DNA from: an uncultured Muribaculaceae bacterium
Lineage (GTDB): Bacteria > Bacteroidota > Bacteroidia > Bacteroidales > Muribaculaceae
DNA length: 64,000 nt
Reading direction: 5' to 3'
NCBI GenBank assembly: GCA_910585285.1
Contig: CAJUDL010000014.1
Span: 2,174-66,173 of the forward strand
Shown here: positions 1 through 11,000 of the stretch, one piece after another
Layout of the letters: each line of letters begins with the position of its first letter
Numbering within the stretch: the stretch's first letter is position 1
The notes under the pieces: model-generated
The model's database searches: none
Told to the model about the DNA's origin: nothing
Seen by the model: only the letters and a program-made list of their open reading frames with translations
Made by a program: the position numbers and the translations under genes

Positions 1-120
1 CCCATATCCTATCGTACCATCCCGATTAGGACATGAGAACCCGGCATTAACAGAAATCTTCTGCACTTTCTCACCAGGAAACTTCTCCCGCATGTAATCA
101 GAAAAATCTTTATATCGCAT
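1..120 (-). CDS. TIGR01212/YhcC-family radical SAM protein, 5' part (runs off window)
   Basis: Manual translation MRYKDFSDYMREKFPGEKVQKISVNAGFSCPNRDGTIGYG; the GFSCPNRDG motif is characteristic. Not in the ORF track. Confidence 0.85.
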   Translation of the reverse strand, partial: MRYKDFSDYMREKFPGEKVQKISVNAGFSCPNRDGTIGYG

Positions 121-123
121 GTA

Positions 124-209
124 CGTTAGGCGTTAGGCTTTAGGTGTTAGGCGTTAGATATCTTCACCGAATGGAACCATTAATTATTAACCATTAATTA
201 TTAATTACC
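124..209. repeat. Two adjacent degenerate heptamer tandem arrays (GTTAGGC-type; ATTAACC/ATTAATT-type)
   Basis: cgttagg cgttagg ctttagg tgttagg cgttaga, then accatta attatta accatta attatta. Confidence 0.75.
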
Positions 210-1162
210 AATAGGTCTGCTATCGTGAGAAGAGCCATTGCCTCAACCACCGGCACAGCTCTCACTGCAACACATGGATCATGGCGCCCTCTTGGATCAA
301 TCGTTACTGCATTATGAGCTGTATCAATAGACTCTACGGGCTGCATGATAGTGGGAGTAGGCTTAAAATATACTCTGAAATTCACCGGCATGCCATTAGA
401 TATACCACCCTGTATCCCTCCAGAGTGATTTGTCTTGAATCTCACTTGCCTGGATTTGATATCGAGATATGGAATATCAAGTGATTCAGATCCCAACATT
501 TCTGACGATTTAAATCCGTCGCCATATTCAAAGGCTTTCGCAGCATTGATAGTCATCATGGCAGATGCGAGATGCGCCGACAACTTATCAAATACCGGCT
601 CTCCTACACCTACCGGAAGTCCTTCTATAAAGCCTTCCACAATAGCGCCTGTGCTATCTCCGGATTTTGCAGCCTCCTCAATACTGTTAGTCTCCACCAA
701 CTTCGCGGAGACACGGATATCAAACGTTTCAAGCCATTGACGACAGATTGCCCCTGCTGCTACCCACGAAACTGTTTCCCGAGCGCTTGCTCTGCCTCCA
801 CCTCGGAAATCATGGATACCATATTTAGTATAATACGTATAATCTGCATGATTCGGACGGAATTTACCTTCATACGATAAATAATCCTCCGGTTTATGAT
901 CACGATTACGAATAATGAATCCTATCGGTGAACCCAAAGTCAAACCATCGGAAGAAATACCAGAAAGTATCTCCAATTTGTCAGGCTCTTTACGCTGGGA
1001 AGTGAGAGGAGTGCGACCTGGTGCCCTGCGGTCGAGATCAGATTGCACACGCTCCATATCTATTTGTACGCGCGGGGGCATTCCGTCAAGAATGCCCCCC
1101 ATCGCGGGCCCGTGACTTTCGCCGAAAGTCGTAAGCCTTATATTCCTACCAATGGTATTCAT
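194..1162 (-). CDS. aroC: Chorismate synthase
   Basis: GESHG, RPNHADY, GGGRASARET and RHDPCV motifs; TAATG overlap with the rho stop. Confidence 0.97.
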   Translation of the reverse strand: MNTIGRNIRLTTFGESHGPAMGGILDGMPPRVQIDMERVQSDLDRRAPGRTPLTSQRKEPDKLEILSGISSDGLTLGSPIGFIIRNRDHKPEDYLSYEGKFRPNHADYTYYTKYGIHDFRGGGRASARETVSWVAAGAICRQWLETFDIRVSAKLVETNSIEEAAKSGDSTGAIVEGFIEGLPVGVGEPVFDKLSAHLASAMMTINAAKAFEYGDGFKSSEMLGSESLDIPYLDIKSRQVRFKTNHSGGIQGGISNGMPVNFRVYFKPTPTIMQPVESIDTAHNAVTIDPRGRHDPCVAVRAVPVVEAMALLTIADLLVINN

Positions 1163-3150
1163 TACTTATCCATGGTGAGCAGAAGCTCCTCGTTATTGCG
1201 AGTCATCTCCATACGTTTCTTGATGAACTCCATAGCCTCCAGTGAAGTCATGTCTGCAAGATAATTGCGAACAATCCACATGCGGTTGAGAGTTTCTTCA
1301 CTGAGAAGCAGATCATCACGGCGAGTTGAAGAAGCCACAATATCCACAGCCGGGAAGATACGTTTGTTGGAGAGTTTACGATCAAGCTGCAGCTCCATGT
1401 TACCGGTTCCCTTGAATTCTTCAAAAATAACCTCATCCATCTTCGATGATGTCTCAGTCAGAGCAGTTGCAATGATTGTGAGAGAACCACCGTTCTCTAT
1501 ATTTCTTGCAGCACCGAAGAAACGTTTCGGACGCTGGAGCGCATTGGCGTCAACACCACCCGAAAGTATCTTGCCCGATGCCGGACTAACGGTATTGTAA
1601 GCACGCGCAAGACGTGTAATGGAGTCAAGCATTATCACAACATCATGACCGCTTTCCACAAGACGCTTCGCTTTCTCAAGAACAATACCCGCGATTTTCA
1701 CATGACGTTCAGCCGGCTCATCGAACGTAGAGGCAATGACCTCCGCATTAACGCTGCGTGCCATATCAGTAACCTCCTCCGGACGTTCGTCTATAAGAAG
1801 CATGATTATATATGTATCAGGATGGTTTGCCGCAATAGCGTTCGCAATATCCTTAAGAAGGATTGTCTTACCGGTCTTAGGAGGAGCCACGATGAGCGCA
1901 CGTTGACCTTTACCTATAGGAGCGAACATGTCAACAACCCGAGTAGAGATATTGCCAGCCCTTCCGGCAGTCAGATTGAATTTTTCGTCAGGGAAAAGAG
2001 GTACAAGATGTTCAAATGGCACGCGGTCACGAATAACGTCGGGAGAAAGTCCGTTGATTGATTCAATTTTGCAAAGAGGGAAGTATTTTTCACCTTGTCT
2101 CGGTGGTCTGATGCCACCTTCAACGACATCTCCCGTTTTTAGGCCGTAATCTTTTATCTGCTGTTGAGATACATAAACGTCATCAGGACTGCCCAGATAG
2201 TTGTAATCGCTTGAGCGAAGGAAACCATAACCATCGGGCATTACTTCAAGAACACCGAAAGTGGTAAGTATGCCATCAAAATCATAGCTTGTTTCCGGCT
2301 GACGAGCATTGTTCTGCTTCTCAAGCTGACGCTGCTGCATGCGCTGTTTTTTAGTGAGATGTTTCTGCATCTTGGGAGACAAAGGTTTCACCGGAGCGGG
2401 ATCAGCTATAATTATCGGAGCAACAGCAGCCGCCTTTTCCGCCTCCTGAATCTCTCGCTGAGAGCGAGGCACGAATGTGCGACGCTTGGCATTGGAAAAG
2501 AACGCATCGAGAGAAGGTTTCTCTTTTGCTTTTGGAGAAATGAAGACCTTAGGTTCGGATGGTTGCTCATCCTCCTGATTACCATTATCCTCAATTGCCA
2601 ACGGAAGAGGAAATTCATTAACATTCACTTCATCCTTTTTTTCGATGCCCATCTCTACATTACCAACACTGGGCTCTTCCTTATCTTCTTTGACATCAGA
2701 CTCGACTGATTCCGATATCGTTTCAGTAATAACCGAATCTTGTTTTTTGTCAATGGACAATTCAGCTAGATTCTCCTCAACCTTAACTTTAGGTTTTCTA
2801 CCGCGTTTCTTTGGAGCCGGAGTTTCTACAGAAGGAGTCTCCGCAACTAAAGAATCCTCTGTCTTTTGCTCCTCCGGCTTCTCGGAAGAAACCTCTGTTA
2901 CTGCAACATCTTTCTTCGTAGAACGTTTAGCGCGTGTTTTTTTCTCTTTAGGTGTCTTCTCTTTGGGTGTTTTCGCTTTGGCGGCATTTTTTGCCACCGC
3001 CTCCTTAGCTGTGTTTTCCGACTCACTGTCGATCACATAATAAGCAAGCTCCTGCTGATCTGCCGAAGCTGTTTTTTTCATTCCCATGGACGATGCGAGC
3101 TCTCTGAGCTTGGTTTCCTCCATGTTCATAAGTTCATCGTAACTGTACAT
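1162..3150 (-). CDS. rho: Transcription termination factor Rho with long low-complexity N-terminal insertion
   Basis: GYGFLR RNA-binding motif, APPKTGKT Walker [21 protein letters not shown]. Confidence 0.98.
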   Translation of the reverse strand: MYSYDELMNMEETKLRELASSMGMKKTASADQQELAYYVIDSESENTAKEAVAKNAAKAKTPKEKTPKEKKTRAKRSTKKDVAVTEVSSEKPEEQKTEDSLVAETPSVETPAPKKRGRKPKVKVEENLAELSIDKKQDSVITETISESVESDVKEDKEEPSVGNVEMGIEKKDEVNVNEFPLPLAIEDNGNQEDEQPSEPKVFISPKAKEKPSLDAFFSNAKRRTFVPRSQREIQEAEKAAAVAPIIIADPAPVKPLSPKMQKHLTKKQRMQQRQLEKQNNARQPETSYDFDGILTTFGVLEVMPDGYGFLRSSDYNYLGSPDDVYVSQQQIKDYGLKTGDVVEGGIRPPRQGEKYFPLCKIESINGLSPDVIRDRVPFEHLVPLFPDEKFNLTAGRAGNISTRVVDMFAPIGKGQRALIVAPPKTGKTILLKDIANAIAANHPDTYIIMLLIDERPEEVTDMARSVNAEVIASTFDEPAERHVKIAGIVLEKAKRLVESGHDVVIMLDSITRLARAYNTVSPASGKILSGGVDANALQRPKRFFGAARNIENGGSLTIIATALTETSSKMDEVIFEEFKGTGNMELQLDRKLSNKRIFPAVDIVASSTRRDDLLLSEETLNRMWIVRNYLADMTSLEAMEFIKKRMEMTRNNEELLLTMDK

Positions 3151-3376
3151 AAGATTTCTATATCCTGTTTTTCATGTCTATCCCGGAAGCAATAGATTCA
3201 CGTCACTTCCACAACTGCGTTCTATGCAGCATCAGCCTTGATTAATCAGCCAAATTTCGGGAATAAGCGGGATGAAACGGTGAAAAGAAAAATTTTTAAT
3301 AGGATTTATAGGATTAAACCAGACTGAAGCAATGAAAAATTCGGGGTTACCGACAGTCGGGTCTTATTTGATAGTG

Positions 3377-3408
3377 CAAATTTAACATTTAATTTTTTAA
3401 TATGCAAA
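3377..3408 (-). promoter_or_regulatory. Housekeeping promoter of the rho-aroC operon
   Basis: Minus strand TTTG (3408-3405), 20 nt, TAAATTTG (3384-3377); matches the Bacteroidetes -33/-7 consensus. Confidence 0.7.
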
Positions 3409-3431
3409 TAAATGTGCGACTTGCAACTTAA

Positions 3432-4382
3432 TTAATTATTAAACATAAGACCTTTCATCGTAAAAAACAACTTTCCTTGCCCTGATTTCCAACTTTTTCC
3501 AACAATTGTCTGCTTCCCTCCTTTCTTCTCGAACACATCAAGAATCTCAAGGGCTATATCGCGCGTTGCGCCATGTCTTGATGCAAAACGATATATCAGC
3601 CAAAATCTGTCGGGAGCATCGAAAATAGATTGCATTGGAAGAAAATCACCTTCCGGCAGCAACTCTTTCTCTGCCCATTTTAAAACGCGTTCTTCCCCCC
3701 GAAGGTTCTCAATTGTTGTGGAAATTGTTTTTCTAATCCCTTTCCAGCGTCCCTCAAGCAAAGGAATAATATCGTTCCTAAGAAAATTACGTCGATAGTC
3801 TGATTCAAGATTGGTGGAATCCACCACAAATGTTTCCCCTTTTTCCAAAAGGTATTTCTCTATATCTTCTCGTGATATATCAAGCAGAGGTCTAAGAAGG
3901 ATTCCTGTGTCGGGCAACATTGCCCGCAACCCGGTAACACCCGACCCTCGAAATAGATTTATAAAAAGAGTCTCGATATTATCATCTGAATTATGAGCTA
4001 TGGCTATCCTGTCTGCCGAAGTTTCATGCATAATTTCGTGAAATTTTTCATAGCGTAATTCACGACATGCCATCTCTACAGACATCCCTTTTCTGAAATT
4101 TCTATAACCATCCACATCAAAATCCACAATTCTCAATGGGATGTCATATTTGCGACATAATTTTTCAACCGCCTTTTGGTCACGCATACTCTCTTCTCCC
4201 CGCAGATGAAAATTACAATGAATTGCAACAACATCCGCCCCGGCAGATTTAAGAGCCAGTAAAAGAGCCGTACTATCAGCTCCTCCACTAATACCGACAA
4301 CTACACGTTTCGTTCCGGCACTCCGCAGAGCCTCCGCAACCCTTTTCTCTACCTTTGAAGAAATATCTTTTATAACTTTCAC
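3432..4382 (-). CDS. tilS: tRNA(Ile)-lysidine synthase, short form (probable GTG start at 4382)
   Basis: SGGADS PP-loop, HCNFHLRG, EMACRELRY, AHNSDD, RPLL, DSTN...RN. Confidence 0.93.
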   Translation of the reverse strand: MKVIKDISSKVEKRVAEALRSAGTKRVVVGISGGADSTALLLALKSAGADVVAIHCNFHLRGEESMRDQKAVEKLCRKYDIPLRIVDFDVDGYRNFRKGMSVEMACRELRYEKFHEIMHETSADRIAIAHNSDDNIETLFINLFRGSGVTGLRAMLPDTGILLRPLLDISREDIEKYLLEKGETFVVDSTNLESDYRRNFLRNDIIPLLEGRWKGIRKTISTTIENLRGEERVLKWAEKELLPEGDFLPMQSIFDAPDRFWLIYRFASRHGATRDIALEILDVFEKKGGKQTIVGKSWKSGQGKLFFTMKGLMFNN

Positions 4383-4571
4383 ATCTGCAAAATTAAAAAA
4401 ACACAACAACACTCGCAAATCCATTACTTAAATAAATTATTATAAAATATACTTAAATTTTGAGAATAGCTTTTGGAATATTTTAAAATAGTTGTTAACT
4501 TTGTTCTTGGTTCAAAGCTTCGATAGACTATTGAATAAAAAGAATAATATAACCCTAAATAAATTAAAATC

Positions 4572-5120
4572 ATGGCAAAAAAATGGATTTGCACCGTATG
4601 CGGTTATATCGCAGAGGGTGAGACAGCTCCCGAAAAGTGCCCGCAGTGTGGCGCTCCTCAGTCTAAATTTAAAGAGATGAATGCCGACGAGCTTCTTCAG
4701 TTCGTAACAGAGCATGAGATAGGTGTTGCAAAAGGCACAGACCCTGAAATGATCAAAGACCTCAACACTCACTTCACCGGCGAATGTACAGAGGTTGGTA
4801 TGTATCTCGCAATGTCTCGTCAGGCTGACCGCGAAGGATACCCTGAAATTGCAGAGGCATTCAAACGTTATGCATGGGAAGAGGCTGAACACGCAGCAAA
4901 ATTCGCTGAACTTCTTGGCGATATGGTTTGGGACACAAAGACAAACCTTGAAAAACGTATGCACGCTGAGGCTGGTGCCAACGCCGACAAGATGCGTATC
5001 GCTAAGAATGCGAAAGCTCAAAACCTTGATGCTATCCATGACACAGTTCACGAGATGGCTAAAGACGAGGCTCGTCACGGACGTGGCTTCAAAGGTCTCT
5101 ACGATCGTTATTTCGGCTAA
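4572..5120 (+). CDS. Reverse rubrerythrin / NADH peroxidase
   Basis: N-terminal CTVCGY...CPQCG rubredoxin site followed by a diiron domain (EEAEH, DEARH). Confidence 0.92.
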   Translation: MAKKWICTVCGYIAEGETAPEKCPQCGAPQSKFKEMNADELLQFVTEHEIGVAKGTDPEMIKDLNTHFTGECTEVGMYLAMSRQADREGYPEIAEAFKRYAWEEAEHAAKFAELLGDMVWDTKTNLEKRMHAEAGANADKMRIAKNAKAQNLDAIHDTVHEMAKDEARHGRGFKGLYDRYFG

Positions 5121-5162
5121 TCCCCGACATCACAGGAAGAAACCAATATTTTGGAAGAATAA

Positions 5163-5200
5163 AATCGCAACCTGCATTTTGCGGGTTGCGATTCTTTTTT
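5163..5200 (+). terminator. Intrinsic terminator
   Basis: aatcgcaacctgc/gcgggttgcgatt stem followed by a T-run. Confidence 0.85.
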
Positions 5201-5261
5201 AATATCATAGCCATCTCATGATTTTTTATTAATTTTACAGCATAAATTTCAGAATATCTTT

Positions 5262-5672
5262 ATGCCCCGGATTATAGCCATAGATTACGGAAGGAAACGC
5301 TGTGGAGTAGCAGTGACGGATCCATTGCAGATCATCGCCAATGGTCTGCCGACAGTGCCTACCCACCTGTTGATGGACTTCCTTAAGGATTATTGCGCCA
5401 AAGAAGAGGTGGAGTTGATAATTGTAGGCGAGCCGCGACAGATGGACGGCACCCCTTCCGAATCGACACAATACATCAATCCGTTTCTGAAACATCTGTC
5501 ACGCGAGATGCCGACAATGAAAGTTATTCGCCGCGACGAGCGATTCACATCCGTGATAGCGCACCGCGAAATGTTGGCGGCTGGTTTCCGTAAGAGTCAA
5601 AGGCAGGAGAAAGGACGTGCAGATGAGATGTCAGCAGTCATCATCCTCACGGAATACTTGCAAAACCGCTGA
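5262..5672 (+). CDS. ruvX: RuvX/YqgF family nuclease
   Basis: IAIDYGRKRCGVA, DERFTS and DEMSAVIIL motifs. Confidence 0.93.
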   Translation: MPRIIAIDYGRKRCGVAVTDPLQIIANGLPTVPTHLLMDFLKDYCAKEEVELIIVGEPRQMDGTPSESTQYINPFLKHLSREMPTMKVIRRDERFTSVIAHREMLAAGFRKSQRQEKGRADEMSAVIILTEYLQNR

Positions 5673-5763
5673 ATTTTCACTATTTTTGCAGTCTATTGGC
5701 ATCACTGCCATATCAAGCATTTCCAAATAAAGAAAATTTCCAAATAAAGAAATAAGAATTCGT

Positions 5764-6327
5764 ATGGTATTACCAGTATATTTATATGGTCATCCCGTGC
5801 TCCGCAAGGAGGCGGAAGATATTGAACCTGACTATCCAGGTCTGGAGAAACTTATCAAGGACATGTGGGAAACAATGTATTTTGCGGAAGGCGTCGGTCT
5901 TGCAGCTCCGCAGATAGGCAAATCCATCAGCCTCATTGTGATTGACGGCAGCGTTATGGCTGAAGACTTCCCTGAATGTAAAGATTCCAAAATGTGTCTT
6001 ATCAATCCCGAGTTGGAAGTGATCGAAGACATGGAACCTATCGGGCGTAACGAAGGATGCCTTTCTCTCCCGGGAATGTCTGAAAACGTGAAACGTATCG
6101 AACACGTGCGTCTCAATTGGCTTGATGAGAATTTTGAAGAACACGAAAAAGAATTCACAGGCTTTCTTGCCCGTATCATTCAGCATGAGTATGATCATCT
6201 CCTAGGCACGGTCTACACCGACCATATCTCCCCCATCCGCAAGCAGATGGTTCGTAACAAACTTAACAATCTGGCTCGCGGCAAAGTGAAATGCGACTAT
6301 CGCACAGTATCCGCAAAATCACACTAA
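5764..6327 (+). CDS. def: Peptide deformylase
   Basis: GVGLAAPQ, EGCLS, QHEYDH. Confidence 0.97.
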   Translation: MVLPVYLYGHPVLRKEAEDIEPDYPGLEKLIKDMWETMYFAEGVGLAAPQIGKSISLIVIDGSVMAEDFPECKDSKMCLINPELEVIEDMEPIGRNEGCLSLPGMSENVKRIEHVRLNWLDENFEEHEKEFTGFLARIIQHEYDHLLGTVYTDHISPIRKQMVRNKLNNLARGKVKCDYRTVSAKSH

Positions 6328-6349
6328 TCATTAAGAAACAGTTAACAGT

Positions 6350-8038
6350 ATGGCTGACGATAAAAAAATAATTTTCTCAATGGTGGGCGTGAGCAAGATC
6401 ATCCCCCCGCAGCGACAGATTCTCAAAAACATCTATCTGTCATTTTTCTACGGAGCGAAGATCGGCATAATCGGTCTCAATGGTTCAGGTAAGTCAACCC
6501 TCCTAAAGATTATTGCCGGCATAGATAAAAGTTATCAAGGCAATGTGGTCTTCTCCCCGGGATATAGCGTTGGCTATCTCGAACAGGAACCTAAGCTTGA
6601 CCCGGAAAAGACCGTCAAGGAGGTTGTGCAGGAAGGTGTGCAACCTATCATGGATCTTTTGAAGGAATACGATGAAGTCAACAATGCTTTCGCGGATCCG
6701 GCTGTGCTCGAAGATCCTGACGCCATGGATAAGCTTATAGCCCGTCAGGCTGAGATACAAGATAAACTTGACGCCACTGATGCCTGGAACATCGACAATA
6801 AACTCGAACGCGCAATGGACGCTCTTCGTTGTCCGCCTGATGACAAAAAGATAGCTGTGCTTTCCGGAGGTGAAAAACGTCGTGTGGCTCTTTGCCGCCT
6901 GCTTCTTCAGCAACCTGACATCCTACTTCTGGACGAACCTACCAACCACCTGGATGCAGAGTCCATAGACTGGCTCGAACAGCATCTTCAGCAATATCCA
7001 GGTACTGTCATCGCGGTTACACACGACCGTTATTTCCTTGACCACGTGGCAGGATGGATCCTCGAACTTGACCGAGGCGAGGGTATTCCATGGAAAGGTA
7101 ATTACTCTTCATGGCTCGATCAGAAGACACAACGCATGGCTCTGGAAGAGAAACAGGCAAGCAAACGTCGCAAGACACTTGAACGAGAGCTGGAATGGGT
7201 GCGCATGGCGCCTAAGGCTCGTCAGGCAAAAGGGAAAGCTCGTCTCTCAAGCTATGACCGCCTGATGAATGAAGACCAGAAAGAACGCGAAGAGAAACTG
7301 GAAATATATATTCCCAACGGACCGCGTCTTGGCAACAAGGTGATCGAAGCCAAACACCTCGCGAAAGCATACGATGACAAGGCTCTTTTCACAGACCTCA
7401 ATTTCATGTTGCCGCCTAACGGCATTGTCGGTGTCATCGGACCTAACGGCGCGGGAAAAACAACTCTATTCCGTCTCATCATGGGGCAAGAAAAACAGGA
7501 TGCCGGTGAGTTTGAGATTGGCGAGACCGTAAAGATTGCGTATGTAGACCAGAACCACAAAGACCTGTCTCCGGAGAAGAGCGTATACGAAGTCATTTCT
7601 CAAGGTGTAGAATCCTTCCGCATGGGAGGCAGAGACATGAATGCACGCGCATATCTGAGTAAATTCAACTTCACGGGAGCCGATCAGGAAAAGAAAATCG
7701 GTGTGCTTTCCGGCGGAGAAAGAAACCGTCTGCATCTTGCTATGGCGCTTAAGGAGGAAGGAAACGTTCTTCTTCTCGACGAGCCCACCAACGATATCGA
7801 TGTCAACACACTGCGAGCATTGGAAGAAGGTCTTGAGAACTTCGCCGGTTGCGCGGTGGTTGTCAGCCACGACCGTTGGTTCCTCGACCGTATCGCCACC
7901 CACATCCTTGCTTTTGAAGGCGACAGTCAGGTTACATTCTTTGAAGGATCATATTCCGAATATGAGGAATTCAAGAAGAAACGCGATGGAGGTCTCGACA
8001 CTCCTCACCGCATCCGTTACCGCAAACTCACAAAATAG
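6350..8038 (+). CDS. ettA: ABC-F translational throttle EttA
   Basis: Two ABC domains, GAKIGIIGLNGSGKS, KARQAKGKARL linker, C-terminal HRIRYRKL. Confidence 0.95.
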   Translation: MADDKKIIFSMVGVSKIIPPQRQILKNIYLSFFYGAKIGIIGLNGSGKSTLLKIIAGIDKSYQGNVVFSPGYSVGYLEQEPKLDPEKTVKEVVQEGVQPIMDLLKEYDEVNNAFADPAVLEDPDAMDKLIARQAEIQDKLDATDAWNIDNKLERAMDALRCPPDDKKIAVLSGGEKRRVALCRLLLQQPDILLLDEPTNHLDAESIDWLEQHLQQYPGTVIAVTHDRYFLDHVAGWILELDRGEGIPWKGNYSSWLDQKTQRMALEEKQASKRRKTLERELEWVRMAPKARQAKGKARLSSYDRLMNEDQKEREEKLEIYIPNGPRLGNKVIEAKHLAKAYDDKALFTDLNFMLPPNGIVGVIGPNGAGKTTLFRLIMGQEKQDAGEFEIGETVKIAYVDQNHKDLSPEKSVYEVISQGVESFRMGGRDMNARAYLSKFNFTGADQEKKIGVLSGGERNRLHLAMALKEEGNVLLLDEPTNDIDVNTLRALEEGLENFAGCAVVVSHDRWFLDRIATHILAFEGDSQVTFFEGSYSEYEEFKKKRDGGLDTPHRIRYRKLTK

Positions 8039-8060
8039 CCCTAATCCTCTCCTCAAATTA

Positions 8061-11000
8061 ATGATAAAATCTTTTGAAAAATATGCAAGGCATGCATGGT
8101 TGATACTCATACTATGCATGTCTTGCTTTTATATTAATGCTTCTGACCCTGCCGATCTTGAAACGCAGGGAGATGTCATAGCCGGAAGGAAACTCGCTCA
8201 GTTTAAGGCGATAGATTACTATTTACCTTGTTTCAGACTTTACAAAGACAAGGAATCCAAATCTCGAATTCTTGAAAAGACAGCCTCATTACTTGAGCGA
8301 CAAAACTTTTTAGCGAAAAATACAGCTGTTAAAATAGATTCACTAATAGACGAAGCTTTACCTAAATTTTCCAAGAATCCTTCATTCCTTCTTCCTCTGA
8401 TGGAAGAGAGAGTGCTCAAAACCACACCGGGATCTGCAGAAATGAAGGAACGTCACAAAAATCTACTCTTAAAGATTTTTGAGATACGTAAGAAACAAAA
8501 TATCGCACATGACTTGAAATATGAGAAGCTGCTTCGCTCCTACTTTAAACTTATCCAATATGAAAACAACATCAATCCGGATGAGAAGATAAAAGTATTT
8601 GACGACCTTTGGCAAACTTATCTGGCAAATAGAAACACCAATGATCCTGCTGACCTTGCTCTTTTAAGGTCCGGATGCCGGCTCATGTCGAGCAGCAGGC
8701 ACTATGAGGAGGAAGCAAGACTATGGGAGGAAATGAGAACCCTGCAAAAGGGAATCTCCGGTATGTCTGAAGACGACAGAAATTCGACACTATTCAATCT
8801 CGCATATGCATGCACCAACCATGCAAAAAAACTCTTGAATGAACAAGCAGACACCCTGTCAGCAATGAATTGCGTAAGCAAGACGCTTGAGCATCTTGGG
8901 AAAGTGGAAGGTAAAGAAAACAAAGCCTACATCCATGTTCTTGACACATACATCAGTATTCTTGGCAATGATTCCCCTGAAGTCATACCCTATCTCAAGG
9001 AATCAGTTGCATTGAAAGAAAATTTATATGGCATTGAATCTGATGAATACAGGGTTACCAAAGAATATCTTTCGGATGTAGAAAATAAACTGAACCCTAA
9101 GACAATCTTATCTGACGATGTCTTAGATATGTGCAATACCGACGAAATTTCTTCATTATCGACAAAAATCAGTATACTCGATAGAAATGCACGATACGCG
9201 GAAGTTGTGAAGGAATGCGATAAACTGATTGATAAGATTGTCAGGAGCTATAACGCCAATTCAATATCCAATTCTATAGAATTAACGTCTGAACTTACAG
9301 CGGCATCTCTTCATACTTTGACAGCATACAACGAACTTGGACGTAAAGATGATATTATCCGGTTTGGCAAAGGTTTCTGTTCCAACTCTAATATCCCTCT
9401 ATCCATCCGGAGGATGGTTCTCTCTTTTGCCATTGCATTTTCAGCAGATTCCAATCTGCCACTTGAAGATATCAACAGGCTTATTGATGAAAATGTCACA
9501 CTTCTGAGAGATTCAAACGAACCTGTAGCGGCAGAAGACAGAAGAAAAGATGAATTGAAAGCATCTGCACTGCTTATAAAAGGACACACGTCAGATGCCA
9601 TAATGTCAATACGCAATCTCATCGACAACATTGCATCCAATGAGAATACAAGCCAAGAACTGATCGACAAACAAATTGCCTTATTAAACATATATACCGA
9701 AATATGCTCTTATCTCACAGATGATTACGAAACTGCCACCGCTCAAAATGACATATGTCTGAAGCTGCTGGAGAAGATACCTGACTACAAGACGCTCAAG
9801 GAGTATCTTTCCTTATTGTGCCGGAAGGTTAAATACTATGATTCCGACAGAAATTATAAAGGTGTTCTGGAATTATGCGCGGAAATAGATAAAATCTCAG
9901 GAAATACTCCTGAATCTATCGACAAATTTTATAGTAACAATTCCATGTACACTCTCTTCAACACATATGCCTGTGACCTAAATTTATCCATTCTCACGGA
10001 TATCAAACTCAGAGCTATGTGCAATCTTGGTAAACGGAATGATGCAAATGACGTTGCCGACAAAACTGCCAATGAAGCTATCAATACAGTTTTGTTTTCT
10101 CTCGAAAATCTCGAATCCCGCAATCTGGATGCGATAGCCCGCAATTTAAAGATATATAACGACCGCATGGCGAATGTTGCCATATCTATGGGTTGCGACA
10201 GCACTTTGATCAAGTATTTTAATTTTACTTTGCTATATAAGCAAGCGTTTCTCACAGCCGAGAACCTTCTGCGCTTACAGATACGCGAATCAGGCGACAG
10301 CAAACTGATCGAAAGTCTTCAACGTCTCGATAGCGTTCGCAGCCTTATTGCCGACAGATTGAAAACGGGACTGCCTATCGAGAATATCAAATTAGAGGAA
10401 CTTCAATTACAGCGATACCTTTCAGAGCATTCAAAGGTCTATGGAGACTATCTCAAAACCATCAGGCTGACATGGGAAGACGTCAAGAACACACTCTCTC
10501 CGAATGATATTGTGGTTGAATTCATTGAATATTCTTCATATCTGGATAACAAGAGTCACATAGTGGCTCTTGTGCTCAGGCACGACTGGAAAGCACCAAA
10601 GATCATAGATTTGTTCCCGGTATCCGAAATTCCGACAAATCCTTACAAAGATAAGACATTCTCTCTTATGTGCTGGGATAAATTACTCCCGTTTTTTAAG
10701 AATGTCCAGAATATATACTTCTCTCCTGCCGGTGAATTATATGGCATCAACATTGAATCATTACCTACTCCTCGCAATGAAGGTTTATTATCATACCATT
10801 ATAATATTTACCGTCTATCATCTTCCAGAGAGCTTGCAAAGATTAAAAACAACAATCCAATGAATAATGGATATGCGGCAATCTACGGTGGAATAAATTA
10901 CAATGCATCTCGTGACGCTCTTGTAAGCGAAACTACAAATCTTGCTAATGGCAAACCGGCAGACAGATGTCCCGATGATCTGCTTTCAGAGATTCGCGGA

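Noticed and set aside
5719..5752. 17-bp tandem duplication (atttccaaataaagaaa x2) before def
   Set aside because: Real, but only two copies; most simply a slippage duplication.
7701..8060. N-terminal 120 aa of the 1319-aa ORF overlapping ettA
   Set aside because: Out-of-frame overlap with ettA. A signal-peptide-like start at ATG 8061 follows the ettA stop, and I saw no slippery-site evidence for a fusion.
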